A stretch of DNA of 64,000 nucleotides from Eledone cirrhosa (Eukaryota), in the NCBI GenBank assembly GCA_964016885.1, contig OZ024747.1:76260001-76324000 (forward strand). The letters are read 5' to 3'. Below, in pieces: positions 1-14,036 of this stretch (position 1 is its first letter; every line of letters begins with the position of its first letter). Made by a program: the position numbers and the translations under genes. The notes beneath the pieces are model-generated. The model had not been told where the DNA came from and did no database searches. It was given only the letters and a program-made list of their open reading frames with translations.

Positions 1-1162
1 AATGTTTGTTAATGCATCGTATGAAAAGTTCGTTAGAAACAGTGGCAAGCTAGATTCATTCATCCATACTCCTCACTGTTACATTGAACAATGGTAGATG
101 AAAAATTATATATATTCGGACTGAATACGGTGAGGTCGACTGGCTCTTTTGTTATCAAATGGAACAATAAAAAGATTGAAAACAAAACGAGAGAGAAATA
201 CTTTTAATCTACTAAATACGGAAATATATAATGCAGACTACAAAGAAATTAAAAAAAATAAAGAATATAAAATGAGAAAAATCTGCAGACAGAAGCCATT
301 TCATGAATTCATTTGTTTTCTATAGAATATCGGCTTATGCTAATATATGAGTTTTCTTTGAGTTAGGTCTACCATTCAATTAATTAGAAGAATTTCTGGT
401 TTTGGACAATTAATTCAGACTCTTTGATACAGGTTTTGTAAATGAAATATTACATCCAGTCGGAGAAACAAATCTATCTGACATCGGTAGCTTAAGAAGA
501 ATAACGTTAAAAAGAACAAGAATTTAACGTAGCATCATTAAGCTGAGTAAAATCTAGAATAAAGGAACATATTTTACAACAGACTGTTAATGGTTATATG
601 CAAATATCCTTTACCTTATGTAGAAATATCAAATAACTGACGTTTCTTTCCAGAAGCAAAGACAATATCTGCTTCTAACGATCATTTAAATCAACACACT
701 AGTTTAAGTCAACCCATGATTGAAATTTATTTCAAGCCCAATAATAAGGCTTACGTATATTGTATCAACAATATATGTTAAGTATTTACGACTTTATGTA
801 TTCAATCGTTAGTGAATGTTAAATATCATACATACAGCACTTTATAGTTTTGATGATGAGATAATTTTAGTCTGGTTCGATCATTAGATAGAAAAACTGA
901 AAATATTGCAATATTGATTATTATATATGATCAATGAATAAAATAGATTCAGCATTTATAACCAGCAATAATGAAACACTACATTTTAATTTAAATCAAT
1001 ATACTAACAATTTCACATATTGATTCGTTTAGTAGATTTTACTAGTATTTAGTAGATCTTACTTAGATTCATTTAGTTCATATTTTGGTTGAATATTTTA
1101 TAATTTAGTGGCACGTGGAACTTATATGGAAGTAAGGAAAATCTTGACGCCCCAATGTATAT

Positions 1163-1470
1163 AGGCGGCGAATTGGCAGAGTCGTTAAGACGTCGGATAG
1201 AATGATTTACGGGTTTCGTCCCACCTCTTTGCGCGCTCTGAGTTCAAATGCCGCCGAGGCCAACTTTGCCTTTCATTCTTTCGAGGTTGATAAAAAATGT
1301 ATCAGCCCAGTACTGGATTGATTCTTCCTCTATAGAAAATATCGTCTGTGTTCAGACATGGAGAGGGTTGGGCTCCACCAGGTTTAAAAGTGCCCTAGAC
1401 CTGCCATACGATGGTGCCACTATGACTCCAAAAGGAGTTATGGGATCTTTATCCTTTATCCTTTATTTAT
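1163..1470 (+). mobile_element. tRNA-derived SINE, family A (Deu/Nin-like core), long-tail type
   Basis: A-box-like ggcgaattggcagagtcgtt, B-box gagttcaaatgcc, core ctttgcctttcattctttcgaggttgataaaa, then a tail shared with 23795-23857 and 41380-41505, ending in (cctttat) repeats. Confidence 0.75.
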
Positions 1471-1530
1471 TTCAGGAATATAGTACAAATAATTCGAATC
1501 AACCAGTTGCCTGCAATGTGTCAGTACTAG

Positions 1531-1766
1531 TAATAATTGTTTCTACTTTAGGCACAAGGCCAGCAATTACCCAGTACATTACTAGTAATAATTGTTTCTA
1601 CATTTGGCACAAGGCCAGCAATTAACCAGTGTATTACTGGTACTTTATTTTATCGACCCCGTAAGGATGAAAGGCAAAGTTAACCTCGGCGGGATTTGAA
1701 CTCAGAATGGCAAGGGCCGTAACTCTATACGTCAAAGCATGGCGTCCAACCCTCTACCGATACTGA
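1531..1766 (-). mobile_element. SINE family A with duplicated 3' tail
   Basis: Plus strand reads tttatcgaccccgtaaggatgaaaggcaaagttaacctcggcgggatttgaactcag (reverse complement of B-box + core); tail aataattgtttctac...ggcacaaggccagcaatt occurs twice. Confidence 0.85.
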
Positions 1767-1927
1767 AGCTTGGTGGACGGGAAAGTCGAATAAATCGACC
1801 CCAGTACGTTACTGGTTCATTATGTTATCAACCGTGTAAGGATGAAAGGCGAAGCTAACCTCAGCATTGACTTTATAAATTGCCGGCCTTGTGCCTGTAT
1901 TAGAAACCATTATTATTTAAGTCTTCA

Positions 1928-2112
1928 AAGGTTAACTTTGCCTTTCATCCTTACGGGGTCGATAAAATAAAGTACCAGTAATGTGCTGGTTAATTGTTGG
2001 CCTTGTGCCAAATGTAGAAACAATTATTACTAGTAATGTACTGGGTAATTGCTGGCCTTGTGCCTAAAGTACCAGTAATGTGCTGGCCTTGTGCCTAAAG
2101 TAGAAACAATTA
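1928..2112 (+). mobile_element. 5'-truncated SINE family A with TSD
   Basis: Core plus repeated tail; flanked by direct repeat attatttaagtcttca (1912-1927, 2109-2124). Confidence 0.8.
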
Positions 2113-2380
2113 TTTAAGTCTTCATGCTTCAATTGCAGTTAGCTATTGTTGCTAATTTTCTAAAGCATCTGTAACGCATAAAAGGAAATACATTCAGAGT
2201 TAACTTAAACTGTTAGGTAATACTCCAGCTCACTACACCCTGCAACGGGTTTCATCATCGAAATAATATTCAGTCGTTTATCAGTTTCCAATGTTTTTCT
2301 TTATAAATGTCTTTATTCTAATATATAAAATTGTATTCCTTGAAAGATATTTATGTCGGGATAGAGATAATATAAATCTT

Positions 2381-2385
<5 letters not shown>

Positions 2386-2431
<46 letters not shown>

Positions 2432-2456
2432 ACATAGATATGTATATATTTACATT

Positions 2457-2524
<68 letters not shown>

Positions 2525-2527
2525 GGT

Positions 2528-2568
<41 letters not shown>
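2386..2568. repeat. compound (TA)n/(TG)n microsatellite
   Basis: Seen directly. Confidence 0.95.
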
Positions 2569-2571
<3 letters not shown>

Positions 2572-4771
2572 ATGTATGTATCTGCATGCGTGTCTGTGTA
2601 TGTGCGTTTATCCAAATGTATATGAGGAAATGGATTTATTTCTGTTAAAGAAGTAATTTGGAATCTATTTAAAATTCTAGGATTTTTGCAACTGGAGATG
2701 TAGGTTTTATTTATGAATGAATGAAATATTTCTCTTTTTGAATTAACGCCCTCAACGTTTGTATCACCATTTTACACCTTATACCTGAACATATATTCCA
2801 GATGATTGAGGAAATAATACACATAGAAATATATTAACAGATTGATACAAAATATGTGTAAGCTTCTAGGTCACAGATTTGAAAACAGGACGTAAACATA
2901 CGGTTTTGCTAATTTTAATGAAACAATATCGAATAATATTTCCATATTTCCATACAAATATTTCACATGTTTTCAGAAGCAATTACATGTTATACAAATG
3001 TCGAATATGTAACTTTATAGCTAACTAGACCATATCTAATTAGAAATAGATTACTGCTGTTGGCTACCGTTTCCCACTTACTAAACAACGAAATATATAT
3101 TCAAGAAAGTTAGGAAACTACGTTGAAGTCCTTTAAAAAAAATATGATACTGTATTTTAGACGTTATTATAAAGGATACATGGAATAAGAATGTTGTTTT
3201 ATAATACAAATGTTATGGTTTTGTTGTTGTTGTTAGTAGCCTCAGGTCAGTTCTGACCAAGTAAATACGCAGTTAAAAATATTTTTACTTGTGCTCAATC
3301 TTTCAATAGTTAAGATATAATGCATCTAGATCAATATTATCATATATTCCTGTCTTTTCCTTTTATGATTTATGGCACGTTTAATCGTTATTTCTCACAT
3401 GTTTAATGACCCTGCGAGGTCGAGGAGCAACATGGATAACGCCTTTATAGCCATGGCGGTCAAGTAGGGGTAATTCGGGTGTAAGAAGAGGGTTCATCTA
3501 CGTCTTTCAATTCTCTGAATATAATGGTGGTAAGAAGTGACAAGGGACTCTCAGAAGAGCTGAAGAGCAGAAGGTCTTCAGAGAAGAAACCCTCTCCTAT
3601 AAGGGAGCCGTGCCGTATCAAGGCCATGATTCCTATGTGCTCTTCTGTAGGTATTTACCCATTCAGACATCGGAGACATGTTGTTAATTTAAACCATGCA
3701 GAGATTTTGTTGAAAAAGATCTAGCTGGAACTCATCCCTTTGTGTTTGATTTCAAACTTATATTTAAACGCTTTCTTGAGTTTGGTAAAATAACATTAGT
3801 AATCATACCAATCTTGAAAATATGCTATTCTATGTATTGAGTACGTCTTTTAAACATCGTTACGTATGTTGTAAATTGCAGTTGGTCGAAGTTTCAATGC
3901 TCGGAGATATAAACTCTAATTCTAATTCTCAATGATATGGGCCATAGAAATGAGTCATCACTAGAATCATTTGGGATATCAAGAAATAGTTCACGAGTTT
4001 TGGTTTGTCTGTCTTGTTCAATAATTTCCTTAGGTACATATACTAATTAATTTGGGTCCCTCTGGTTCCACTTGTAAATCATCTTGTAATAGATTTTCCG
4101 TGAAATGTCATGAAATTCAGTATGATCATCTAATATTACAGCAGTTTAAATAATGCATATTGTAGCCGATTTCTTGTGAACGGTGTAAACATTAGGCAAT
4201 GCTATTTTAAACAGAACAGTATAAAACCAAATGAAACATCCCCAAGTTTCCACCGTATCACGAAATGACACAATTACTTTCAGAATTGTTCAAGAGATGT
4301 ATGTCGAATAAATAATACGCAGATAAACAGAAACAGAATTTAACGCTTTCAACACTGTAGGGAAATATATATACCTAAATAAATCTCGAAAGCTGCCGAT
4401 TCATCTTCTTATAAAATGAATTGGGATAGGACAAAACGGTATTTTAACAAATCTTATATGCTTATCATTTTGTGACTGTGGATACTACAGGGATAACATT
4501 GTCACAATTTATAACACTGGTGTGATAAAAAATATCCCACGTGCCATTTTAAAAACATACACATATTACTGGTTTAATTGGAACAAAAATAAACAATTTA
4601 AGAAACTATTTTTTTTTAAATCTGTATTGAAAGAGTTAAAACAAATTAACCTGAATTAAGTTTTCACATAAATATATTCTCCAGTACGGTTAGTATGTGA
4701 TTTTGGAGCACAATTAATATACACTGGCACTTTTTCTATGAGCACATGAGTAGAGGAGGTACTAAATGTAT

Positions 4772-5085
4772 AAAATTAGGTTGTAACATGTGCTTACTCC
4801 TTATTTGACTACATAGAATTAGTGTATTAGTTGGGAGTTTAAAAACCCTTCAGAGTGGAAAAAGGATGAGTATTGACGTACATGAGACACGAGCCCACAT
4901 CCTTGGTTTGTCAGACCAATGTAATGGTAACACATTGGTCGGGCAAACCAAAGATGTGTATTCCTGTCCCATGTACGTCAATTCTCATCTTTTTTCCATT
5001 CAGAGAGTTTTTTTTAAAAATCCCAACTAACAGACTAATTCTATGTAGTCAAATACGGCGTAAGCACATGTTACTACCTAATTTT
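4772..5085. repeat. ~310-bp imperfect palindrome with tRNA-like centre
   Basis: Left arm aaaattaggttgtaacatgtgcttac...gaccaatgt is the reverse complement of right arm acattggtc...gtaagcacatgttactacctaatttt; centre near 4925. Confidence 0.85.
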
Positions 5086-7524
5086 CAAATTCGCTAGCCC
5101 TTTCTAAACAAAGCCTGCTTTGTGTCTCCCGATTTATATACAAAATATATATTCTAAAGATATTCTGTATGAAAAATGAATGTATATATTTATAATGGTT
5201 TTATCCTAAATTCTCATGTGTGTATATATTTGTGTGCATACCTGTGTATATATGTATGTATATGCTTGTATTTATATATAATTTGTGCAGTCTTTTCTCT
5301 ACTTTGTAGAAATGAAAATTAATATAACTTCAGTTGCAAACAATGATTAAATGTGTGTGTGTTTTGTCTGATCTGATCTCTGGAGCTACAACTTCAGTGC
5401 TATGGTGAATTGGCGCTTCCTTTAGTCTTCTTCCGTTGACGTCGCTAATTAAGGAAATTGTTTAATATTTTAAACGCGTATGCTTCCCCTCTAGTTGTAC
5501 CCATGCAACCGAAATTTAATTATTTTTTTCATCAAATAGTCCATGTTGGTATTAAACCTTTGAATGTTATCCCATTGTGTATATTAAGTTGGTTGGCTTT
5601 AATTTAGCTTTTTGATAGAAACCAAGTCGTTTTTAGAGAAGTAGAATAGCTTAACGATTGCGTTGACATTAAACAAAGATGAATAGATTCAGTTGATTCT
5701 TTTTAAGTGCATGAAAACTATAAAAAGTTATGATATCTAGCGGCAGGAAGAGAAAACTTTAGAAATTAAATCAATGTAAGAATGATTTTTAAAAATGAAT
5801 ACAGTTAAAAAAATAAAATAAAATTGTCATCCACGAACTCTTACAAAATGAATGTTGAAAGTAAACAAGAGAAGGCAATGATCAAAAAGTTGTATAATTT
5901 TTTATCGTCTTAACGCCTAGCAATATTTCATTAGAAACTTCAGTTTTTATCAACGTTTTTATTTTATTTTAAAATGTTCAAACTAAATGCACCATGCTAT
6001 TATAGAAATGTATTGCTTAAATTTCATTAGTTCTCGCTACCCTTATATGATAAAAAAAACTTCCTATTATTGCAGTCAGACTGGTAGCATATAATTGAAA
6101 CAGACATTTTCTTCCATTTGTCCAGACTTTCCACGAAATATAATAAACAACTTTAATGATATTTCTGTCATTCGTTAGCTGTCTAAACAGGAGTTATTTG
6201 CGCGCTACTAACGGCGTTGTATTTTGTTTTAATTTAAATATCGATTTCTGTTTCTTGTGGTTGATTTATACCGCTAAATTTTACAGATCTCTTTGAGATT
6301 AGATTCAACTTTGTAACGGATGAAAGCTATTTTTTTTATTTAGTCGATTAGCTAACTGAAAGAGAAACCATTTTGTTCAATATGTAATACACGTTTCTTT
6401 GGTATATAAGAAGCAATCATTAAGTGAATTAGTAGAAAACACTGGTGCCAGTGTCTAGTAGCGTGGCAAAGTGGATTTCCATTGTAAGTAGATTGTATTG
6501 CAGCAAATTCAGTTGGTTAAATCTAAGCCATTAAAACAACGAAATCGATGTTTTTTGCAATGGAGGATAAAAACACTTTTAGACATGCATTACGTATGTT
6601 TATTAGTAACGCAAATAAAATTATATATTTTTCGTTAGAAACGGAAATAATTCTAAAGAGCTAGAGCTTGAACTGTTGTGGAACTAGGGATGGGTTCAAT
6701 CGACAAGATTCCACACCTCATTCGCCGACCAGGTGGCATGGAACCCGTCAAATCTGATCAAGAAAACCAAGTTCCCATTGGTCTTTCTATTGCTGAAACT
6801 ATCTGCCGATCGCATCTCCTGGCAGAACTAAGAAATCGATAATTACAAAGGCATTAGAGGTATTGATATATTAGCTGTGGCAATATTAATATTAAGAACA
6901 GCTGGAGCAATAAGACTGGTATTCGTATTAGTTGTAGTTCATACATACTTCATACACACTGAACAAGAATTTAGAAATACATTTTACGCGATTATAAGTA
7001 TTTTTACATAACGAATCCATTTTATTCTGTATCACAGTTTCAAAATATTAAACTATAAAGCCGTTTAGTCTGGCAGAAAGTCCCACCATATTGTATGTGT
7101 TCTCCATTAGTTCATTTAATGGTTGATTGTTATATATGAATTAAATATGTAGTATTGTTTGAAGAAAATGATTTCTCATCCGATTTTCTGACGACCAAAT
7201 AAATTCTCTGATACAAATTTGAATGTCAGCTTGCATATTTGACGCAAGATAAAAACAAACTGGTGAATGTTGGTCATATTGCATGTCATGATTATTAATT
7301 AACCGCCAGAGAAATAGTTTAAACTTATCAACAATATCTAATCTTGAGAAGAGGTTTTCCATTTCACTAATACTAGCTGAAATTAGTAATTTATGATTAG
7401 TCAAATGCATGATGATAACTGTGAAATCTCAGCATTTCACAAGATATTTGTACAGGAAGTATACTGTCTACAGAATAAATCATAGAATGTTATGGATTTA
7501 TTTAATTAAGCTTCGTCTATAATA

Positions 7525-7692
7525 GCCCTTTTCGGTCACGATTGACCATTGTCTTCCATCTAGAAAGTTCCTCTCCAAAGCAAAAGCCTGAGTAGTGTGT
7601 GTTTGTAAAACCCAGCACTCGACATTGCATCCCAGTCTCCCCACTCCACTCCACCGATGTTGTCCAAAGGAAAGGCTATTAAGCCCCAGAGG
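7525..7692. mobile_element. probable retroelement non-coding fragment
   Basis: GC-richer island (ttttcggtcacgattgaccat...ccactccaccgatgttgtccaaaggaaaggc) resembling from memory an RTE/BovB-type UTR repeat; no second copy in window. Confidence 0.3.
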
Positions 7693-9467
7693 AAGAATGA
7701 AATAATTTTCAGGTGAAATTGAAGATATAGAAGAAAGATAATAAATTACTAAGAGCTTTACTCTGGGACACATATTTGACTTATTTGTTAAATAGAACAG
7801 GCAATCTGCATTTACTTTGTCGGTTTTTCAAAGGAATTCTTAGCTTTATGCCCCAAAAGTAAACAATAAAGCCAATTAAGAAACGTTGATTAAACACTTA
7901 GCTCTATAATATATTTCCATATACGTGTTCTATTCGATAGACGAAAAGAGGGACAACTCCGTATAGTATTACTAAAATGAATGAGTTAATTAATTCAGTA
8001 ATATTAGAATTACTGTCGCAATGTAACATATTTTATTTATAAAAGAATTAGTATTATAATGACAGAAATGAACATAATATTATTACAGGTTTCCAAATCT
8101 AATTGGATTAAATAAGCGGATTAAAGATCACTTTATGACTGTTGATCAACTAAGTTTGTATTATCGTGGTAATAATTGTACATAGTTTCTTAAATTTAAA
8201 GATGATATTATTTACAACAATGATTGGCTGGCTCTTAGAGAGTTGTTGTTTAGATACATTTATTTCCGGTCTGAAGTGAATGTTTCAGTGAGTAATTGAT
8301 CCAGTCTTGAATGGATGTTAAAGTTCCTCCAAACCAATTAAGAATTATTAAGAATATACTACTTAATTATCCATTCGTACATTTTCAGCATTCATCGTTT
8401 TTGTTTTTGTTTCTGTAAGTAAAAATGTTAGGATACAATATTGATATTTAGAAATTTATTTTTAGTGATATAACTTGGTTTTCTCTAATCCTTGACTTCT
8501 TGGTCTTACGGATATAAACGGAAAAGGCAATGTCATCCACGGTGGATTTAGAACTCAAATTTATGGATTCCAGTGCTCGGAGGAATAGGATGATCATGAT
8601 GAGGGGGGGGGGGGGGCGAAGAAGAAGAAGAAGAAGAAGAAGAAGAAGAAGAAGAAGAAGAAGAAAACCGTACATATTTAATAACATAAAAATTGATAGG
8701 AAATAAATTTTATAATATTAAAAATAAACCTGAAATTGTAATCATTTCCTTAATTAAGAAAAGGAAATGGAGGTATCCAATATAAACACAGATGTGACAA
8801 GGAAACATTATTCAGAAAATATATTTTTCATAAACGGTAAAACTCTCTGGACGTAGAAATGAATATTACACAGGATAACATACTTTTGAATTCGTGTGCA
8901 CTTCCAGCACAGAATGTAAAGAGGTAGAATAAAATGTACGAATAAATTTAGTACTCTATCACACAAATAATATTGTACCGGGATTTCTTGATGGCTGCGA
9001 TGCTTTATATTAAATGTGCTTTATAGAAGCACAATACCTTTTTCTAGGTGGCTTAATACTATTATAAAAGAAAATAATTCTTTTGAATGTTTTCACCTCA
9101 TTGCTAAACGTGTTTCCAAAGTCCCATTAACTCAGATCATCCGAAAAGCTTTTAGTTAAAGAGGATACGCTGAAGGATAATGTGATAATTCTCAAAATAG
9201 AATGGAATAGTAGCAGTTGCAAAATATCGCATGAAGTAAACAGGAAGGTGTTAAACAAAGGTGATGAGAAATGAAGGCAGCATTAATGAATAATATGTGG
9301 TATTAAAAAACAGAAAATGTAGGAGTAAATCTTGTTGCTGGATTATACCAAAGTTGGCATTAAGGATATGATATCAAATATGACAGATACACAGGACAAA
9401 GTCCCTTAATTATATAACAAGGGATTCGTACCTATATGCTTGAAAATTATGTGGAATATGGAATTTG

Positions 9468-9627
<160 letters not shown>

Positions 9628-10953
9628 CCATTCCAATACAAAGCCTTCTCACTCCTGCTTGAGGAAGTGGTTTTGGTCATGTCAGGGATATAAGTCTTAC
9701 GCACCACACTTGGCCAATTGCGGGTTGGTGAGGTTATTTCATCCATTGTAGGGGTGGATGGCCGTTAACTCTGAGGAGTTCGTCCACTCTTTTTACACCA
9801 CTTGAGTTTTGTGCTCCTGGGTTTCCTCGTACTCTCCTCACCAGACCCTTTTGATAATTTGAAATCGTTTGATTGTCGGCAAATTACTAGAGATATTCGT
9901 ACAAAGAGGGTGAAAGTTAACAAGACATGATGAAATTAAACAGGAAAGTTAGTTAATTTAAGAGAAAAATGAACTATAAAATTTAATTTTTTTAAATACT
10001 AAATATGAATATATTATAAACAAATTAACAGGTATATAAATATAAATCATCTAGAATATTTAACTCTGTTGAAGCAACACAGTTCAAGAGTATTTGAATG
10101 TGTATTTGGAAGTTTTAAAGAATGCAGTGCTGGTTTATATAATGTCTCTACACAGAAAATCTAGCGTTTTTGATATAACATTTGGGAATATTTGTTAGTT
10201 TGCCAGGAGACGTAGTAAGAGATTGCGAAGCCTAGGAAACATGTTTAGAAGCTTCAAGGGTCTTTATCACGTGCAGAAACGGTTTCGTTCGCGTAGAAGA
10301 AGTTACTTGAAGTGTTAGGTGAATTCCTTATTGCAATGTTGATGGAGACTAGATAGTTTTGAATCTATTGAGATATATATGTTAATAAACATATAGATCT
10401 ATTAAGAAAATGAAAGCATTCGGCACTTAAGCGGTTTATCACACCTGAAGATCAACAGTATTGAAGTAATCTATTCCCTTTTAAAGTATTCAGCGATTGG
10501 TTACTGTCGCAAATCGTATATAGAAAGTGAGGTTCATAAAATTGCAGTGTGTTATGACTTTACGGAAAAAGGTAATTAAACGTTCTAAATGTATCTATAG
10601 TACTTAATGATGTCACTAGTGATCAGAAAGGAAATATATTCCATTTTGTGAAACATCTTTAAGCAAATGGTGTTAAATATATTTATGGAAATTATGTTGC
10701 TAAATCAAGGTTGAGATTACGATGTGGGAATTAGGAGGGGAATATGATTATCGTTGCATAAAATATTGGTAAAGAAAACTAATAATCTTAATACAATGCA
10801 ACATATAATTAATATGTCTTGACACTTCACATACTAATCTCAACTGGGAAGAAAACGATAGAATTGAAAGCTTTTAAACGGACACTAAAAGTTCTTTACG
10901 TTTGAGGAACATTATTGTATGTAGGTAATTATAGTGCATGCGCATACCAAGCC

Positions 10954-11030
<77 letters not shown>

Positions 11031-11400
11031 TACATGAAGAAATAGAGAGGAGGATGTCATATACCTGATATTTAGTTTCATTAGAAGTGCTTCATTGGTA
11101 ATACGGTTGAATGCTCATGGTTAGACTCCTTAAAATTAGCACCAGGTTAGGGTTCGGCTCCGAAATCATGGGCTCTTTAGATGACTATAAACATTGCATG
11201 TGAATTATGTAATCGTCGCAATGGTTATTGGTATTTTGCCAAATTATTAGTGGTACACGTTTAATGAAAATAAATGTATGTTAATATGACACGTAGATCT
11301 TCATTTCTGGCGGCTTACACTCTTCGAGTTCACACGAGCCTCGGCATCGCATCGTGTGCTGAATACGGTTTGATACTGTATTAACTGCAATCAAACACGA

Positions 11401-11504
<104 letters not shown>

Positions 11505-11521
11505 ATATATATATATATATA

Positions 11522-11595
11522 TTTAATATCGAAATGGCTTCTACAGGACTAGAACTGTTTCATTTGGGAGAACTCATCGCAAGCCCATGTAGACA
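11522..11595 (-). mobile_element. degenerate hammerhead-bearing repeat fragment (homologous to arms of 19888-20024)
   Basis: Minus strand gcgatgag-ttctcccaaat-gaaac-agttcta-gtc-ctgtagaagccatttcgatattaaat, abutting (TA)n. Confidence 0.55.
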
Positions 11596-11616
11596 TTCAA
11601 TGCAACAGGAGCAAAC

Positions 11617-11910
11617 ATAATAGTACCACTGATGATGTTGCAAATATGCAACGAAAGAACTTTGATAGACTATATATATATATTTATATCCGTATTTTTA
11701 ACCGTTGGTCAATCAATGATAAACGTATTAAATATATAAATAAATTAACTATAGAGATATAAAAGATACAGAAGCGAAAACCAACCAAACAGTGAGTGTG
11801 TTCTGTTATTAATTCTGGCAATATTATTAAAACAATATGACCCTCCCCAAGTATAACAATATTTGTTTCGACACACGTTTTCATATCAAAAACCTTAGAA
11901 AACAAATATA
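11617..11910 (+). mobile_element. ~290-bp dispersed repeat with hammerhead motif (copy 1)
   Basis: Matches 51686-51990 in opposite orientation; begins tacca-ctgatga-t-gttgca-aata-tgcaac-gaaa-gaactt-tgata. Confidence 0.75.
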
Positions 11911-12095
11911 TATATATGGATTTTGAGTATATGTTGGATGTATACCAACACCTCAGTATGCAGGCTGGAGCACTCGACGAAGTGCGCAGGTTGGTTTCGT
12001 TACTCCGGAGTAATGTAAAATAAAGTAAAATAAATAAGTCAAATGTTTAAAATTTAGCTTCGTTTATTATTTTATATATATAAATATATATATAA

Positions 12096-12776
12096 GAAGA
12101 TCACTGATGAAGGACTAAATTTATTCATATGTAACCCATTTGCAACCACGCAGCACGCCATGTTTTGATATTTTTCATATATATTTACCTCCGCTGTGAC
12201 CCGTCTGTTTCTTTCTTACTGCTTCCCCTTTTCTCTGTATCTCTCAATTCCTTTTACCCCCTATACCAGTCACTCTCTCTGTTAGCCTCTTCCTCACACT
12301 TTCACTCACTCACTCTCTGCTACTCTCTTTCCTACTTCCTCCCGTTTGCGAGATTCTTTCCTCACTCACACTTCGACTAGGTCGGATGGTCTTTATTCTC
12401 TCTCGTCTACGATTTCACAGAACTTATGTTCATCGATTTCAGGGACTTGACTCCTTCTTCCTCCCTTTTGACCTGTGCGAAATTCTTTCCTTACTCACAT
12501 TTCGACCAGGTTTGATGGTCTTTATTCTCTCTCGTCCACGATTTCACAGAACTTATGTTCATCGATTTCAGGGACTTGACTCCTTCTTCCTCACTTTTCG
12601 TTGCATTACCATCTTTGTTTGTTTACTTCTCGCTCGTTCCCCCTATTTACGTGTCCCAACGACTTTCTTTAGCCGTTGCTCGCACCAACCAGAGGTATAT
12701 GGCCTTTAAGTATATATGCGATGAAATACCAATGAAGGTTGGAAGATCACTGATGAAGGACTAAATTTATTCATAT
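12096..12776 (+). mobile_element. ~645-bp non-coding repeat unit with 35-bp terminal redundancy
   Basis: gaagatcactgatgaaggactaaatttattcatat at 12096-12130 and 12742-12776; internal 129-bp duplication (12386, 12515); homologous to 17791-18651 inverted; TA-rich flanks. Confidence 0.8.
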
Positions 12777-12787
12777 ATATATATATC

Positions 12788-13176
12788 GTATAAATGAACA
12801 AAAAAGAAAAACGAACACAGACATATACATGTATGTGTTCAAATCGTAAGGGACCAGCTAAGGTGAAAAAAATACTAACTACAGACAATAGGGTTTGCTA
12901 GACTCTATTTAAGAAAAATAAATACAAACCAGTATTGTGGGAATTACCCATCAACCGGGCGGTTTTTGATAGAACCGTTTCGCAATATTATTTGTGAAGA
13001 GGTATACCAAATTCCTAGCTCATCAGCGGGTGAAGAAATAGTATCCTGATCACTTCTAAATAAAATAAAGAACTGGATAGTGTGTGTATATGTAACGCAC
13101 ATGGTTTCCGAACTTACGGTTTGAACACATACATGTATATGTCTGTGTTCGTTTTTCTTTTTTGTTCAGTTATACT
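12788..13176. mobile_element. element with ~63-bp inverted arms and internal hammerhead-like core
   Basis: gtataaatgaacaaaaaagaaaaacgaacacagacatatacatgtatgtgttcaaatcgtaag (12788-12850) recurs inverted at ~13112-13176; minus strand 12972-13030 has ctgatgagc...gcgaaac. Confidence 0.7.
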
Positions 13177-13257
13177 ATACGGCACTGAAAACCCTTTTTC
13201 CTAGAGATAATTTACTGTAATGAGACTATTTTGAGTTTCTAACTCAATACATGCCTT

Positions 13258-13348
<91 letters not shown>

Positions 13349-13860
13349 AGTGTAAAATATATTATAATTCAAAGTAAACATCATCGTTAAGTTTTGTTTA
13401 AGATTTATCAAAATATAAACCCATCATAATGCGTAATTTAACCCACCTACAACATTATAATAATTTTGTGTATTCTAATATGGCTTAATGGAAATTCTAA
13501 GAGCAGTGAAATAATTCAAAAAATTTCTCTTCTAGCTATTTTGGTTTTTTATTAATGAAAGAAAAGCTATTTTGAAATATATGAGAAAAGTAATCCTGGA
13601 ATTTATTGGAGAAAAATATATATGTATTCGTTTTCGTTGCTAAAATATTTTTCCCTCTTACTACATTCTTTATTCTATTGCATTTGTTTCTATGAGAACA
13701 ATGTAACCGCTTCCCGAAGTAATTCGGAAGTTAACATAGCATGTCTTAGATAAAAGACATACAATAATGATTATATTTTTCTTTTTTTATTCACATGAAA
13801 TCTCCGTTATGAAAACATAATTGAAGCTAGTTGCTGATTATTCATAAAAACCCACCCAAA

Positions 13861-14036
<176 letters not shown>

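Noticed and set aside
3415-3730. GC-richer island with a 66-aa ORF
   Set aside because: No recognisable domain and no second copy
9640-9850. Possible RTE-like 3' relic on the minus strand
   Set aside because: Too degenerate to translate convincingly
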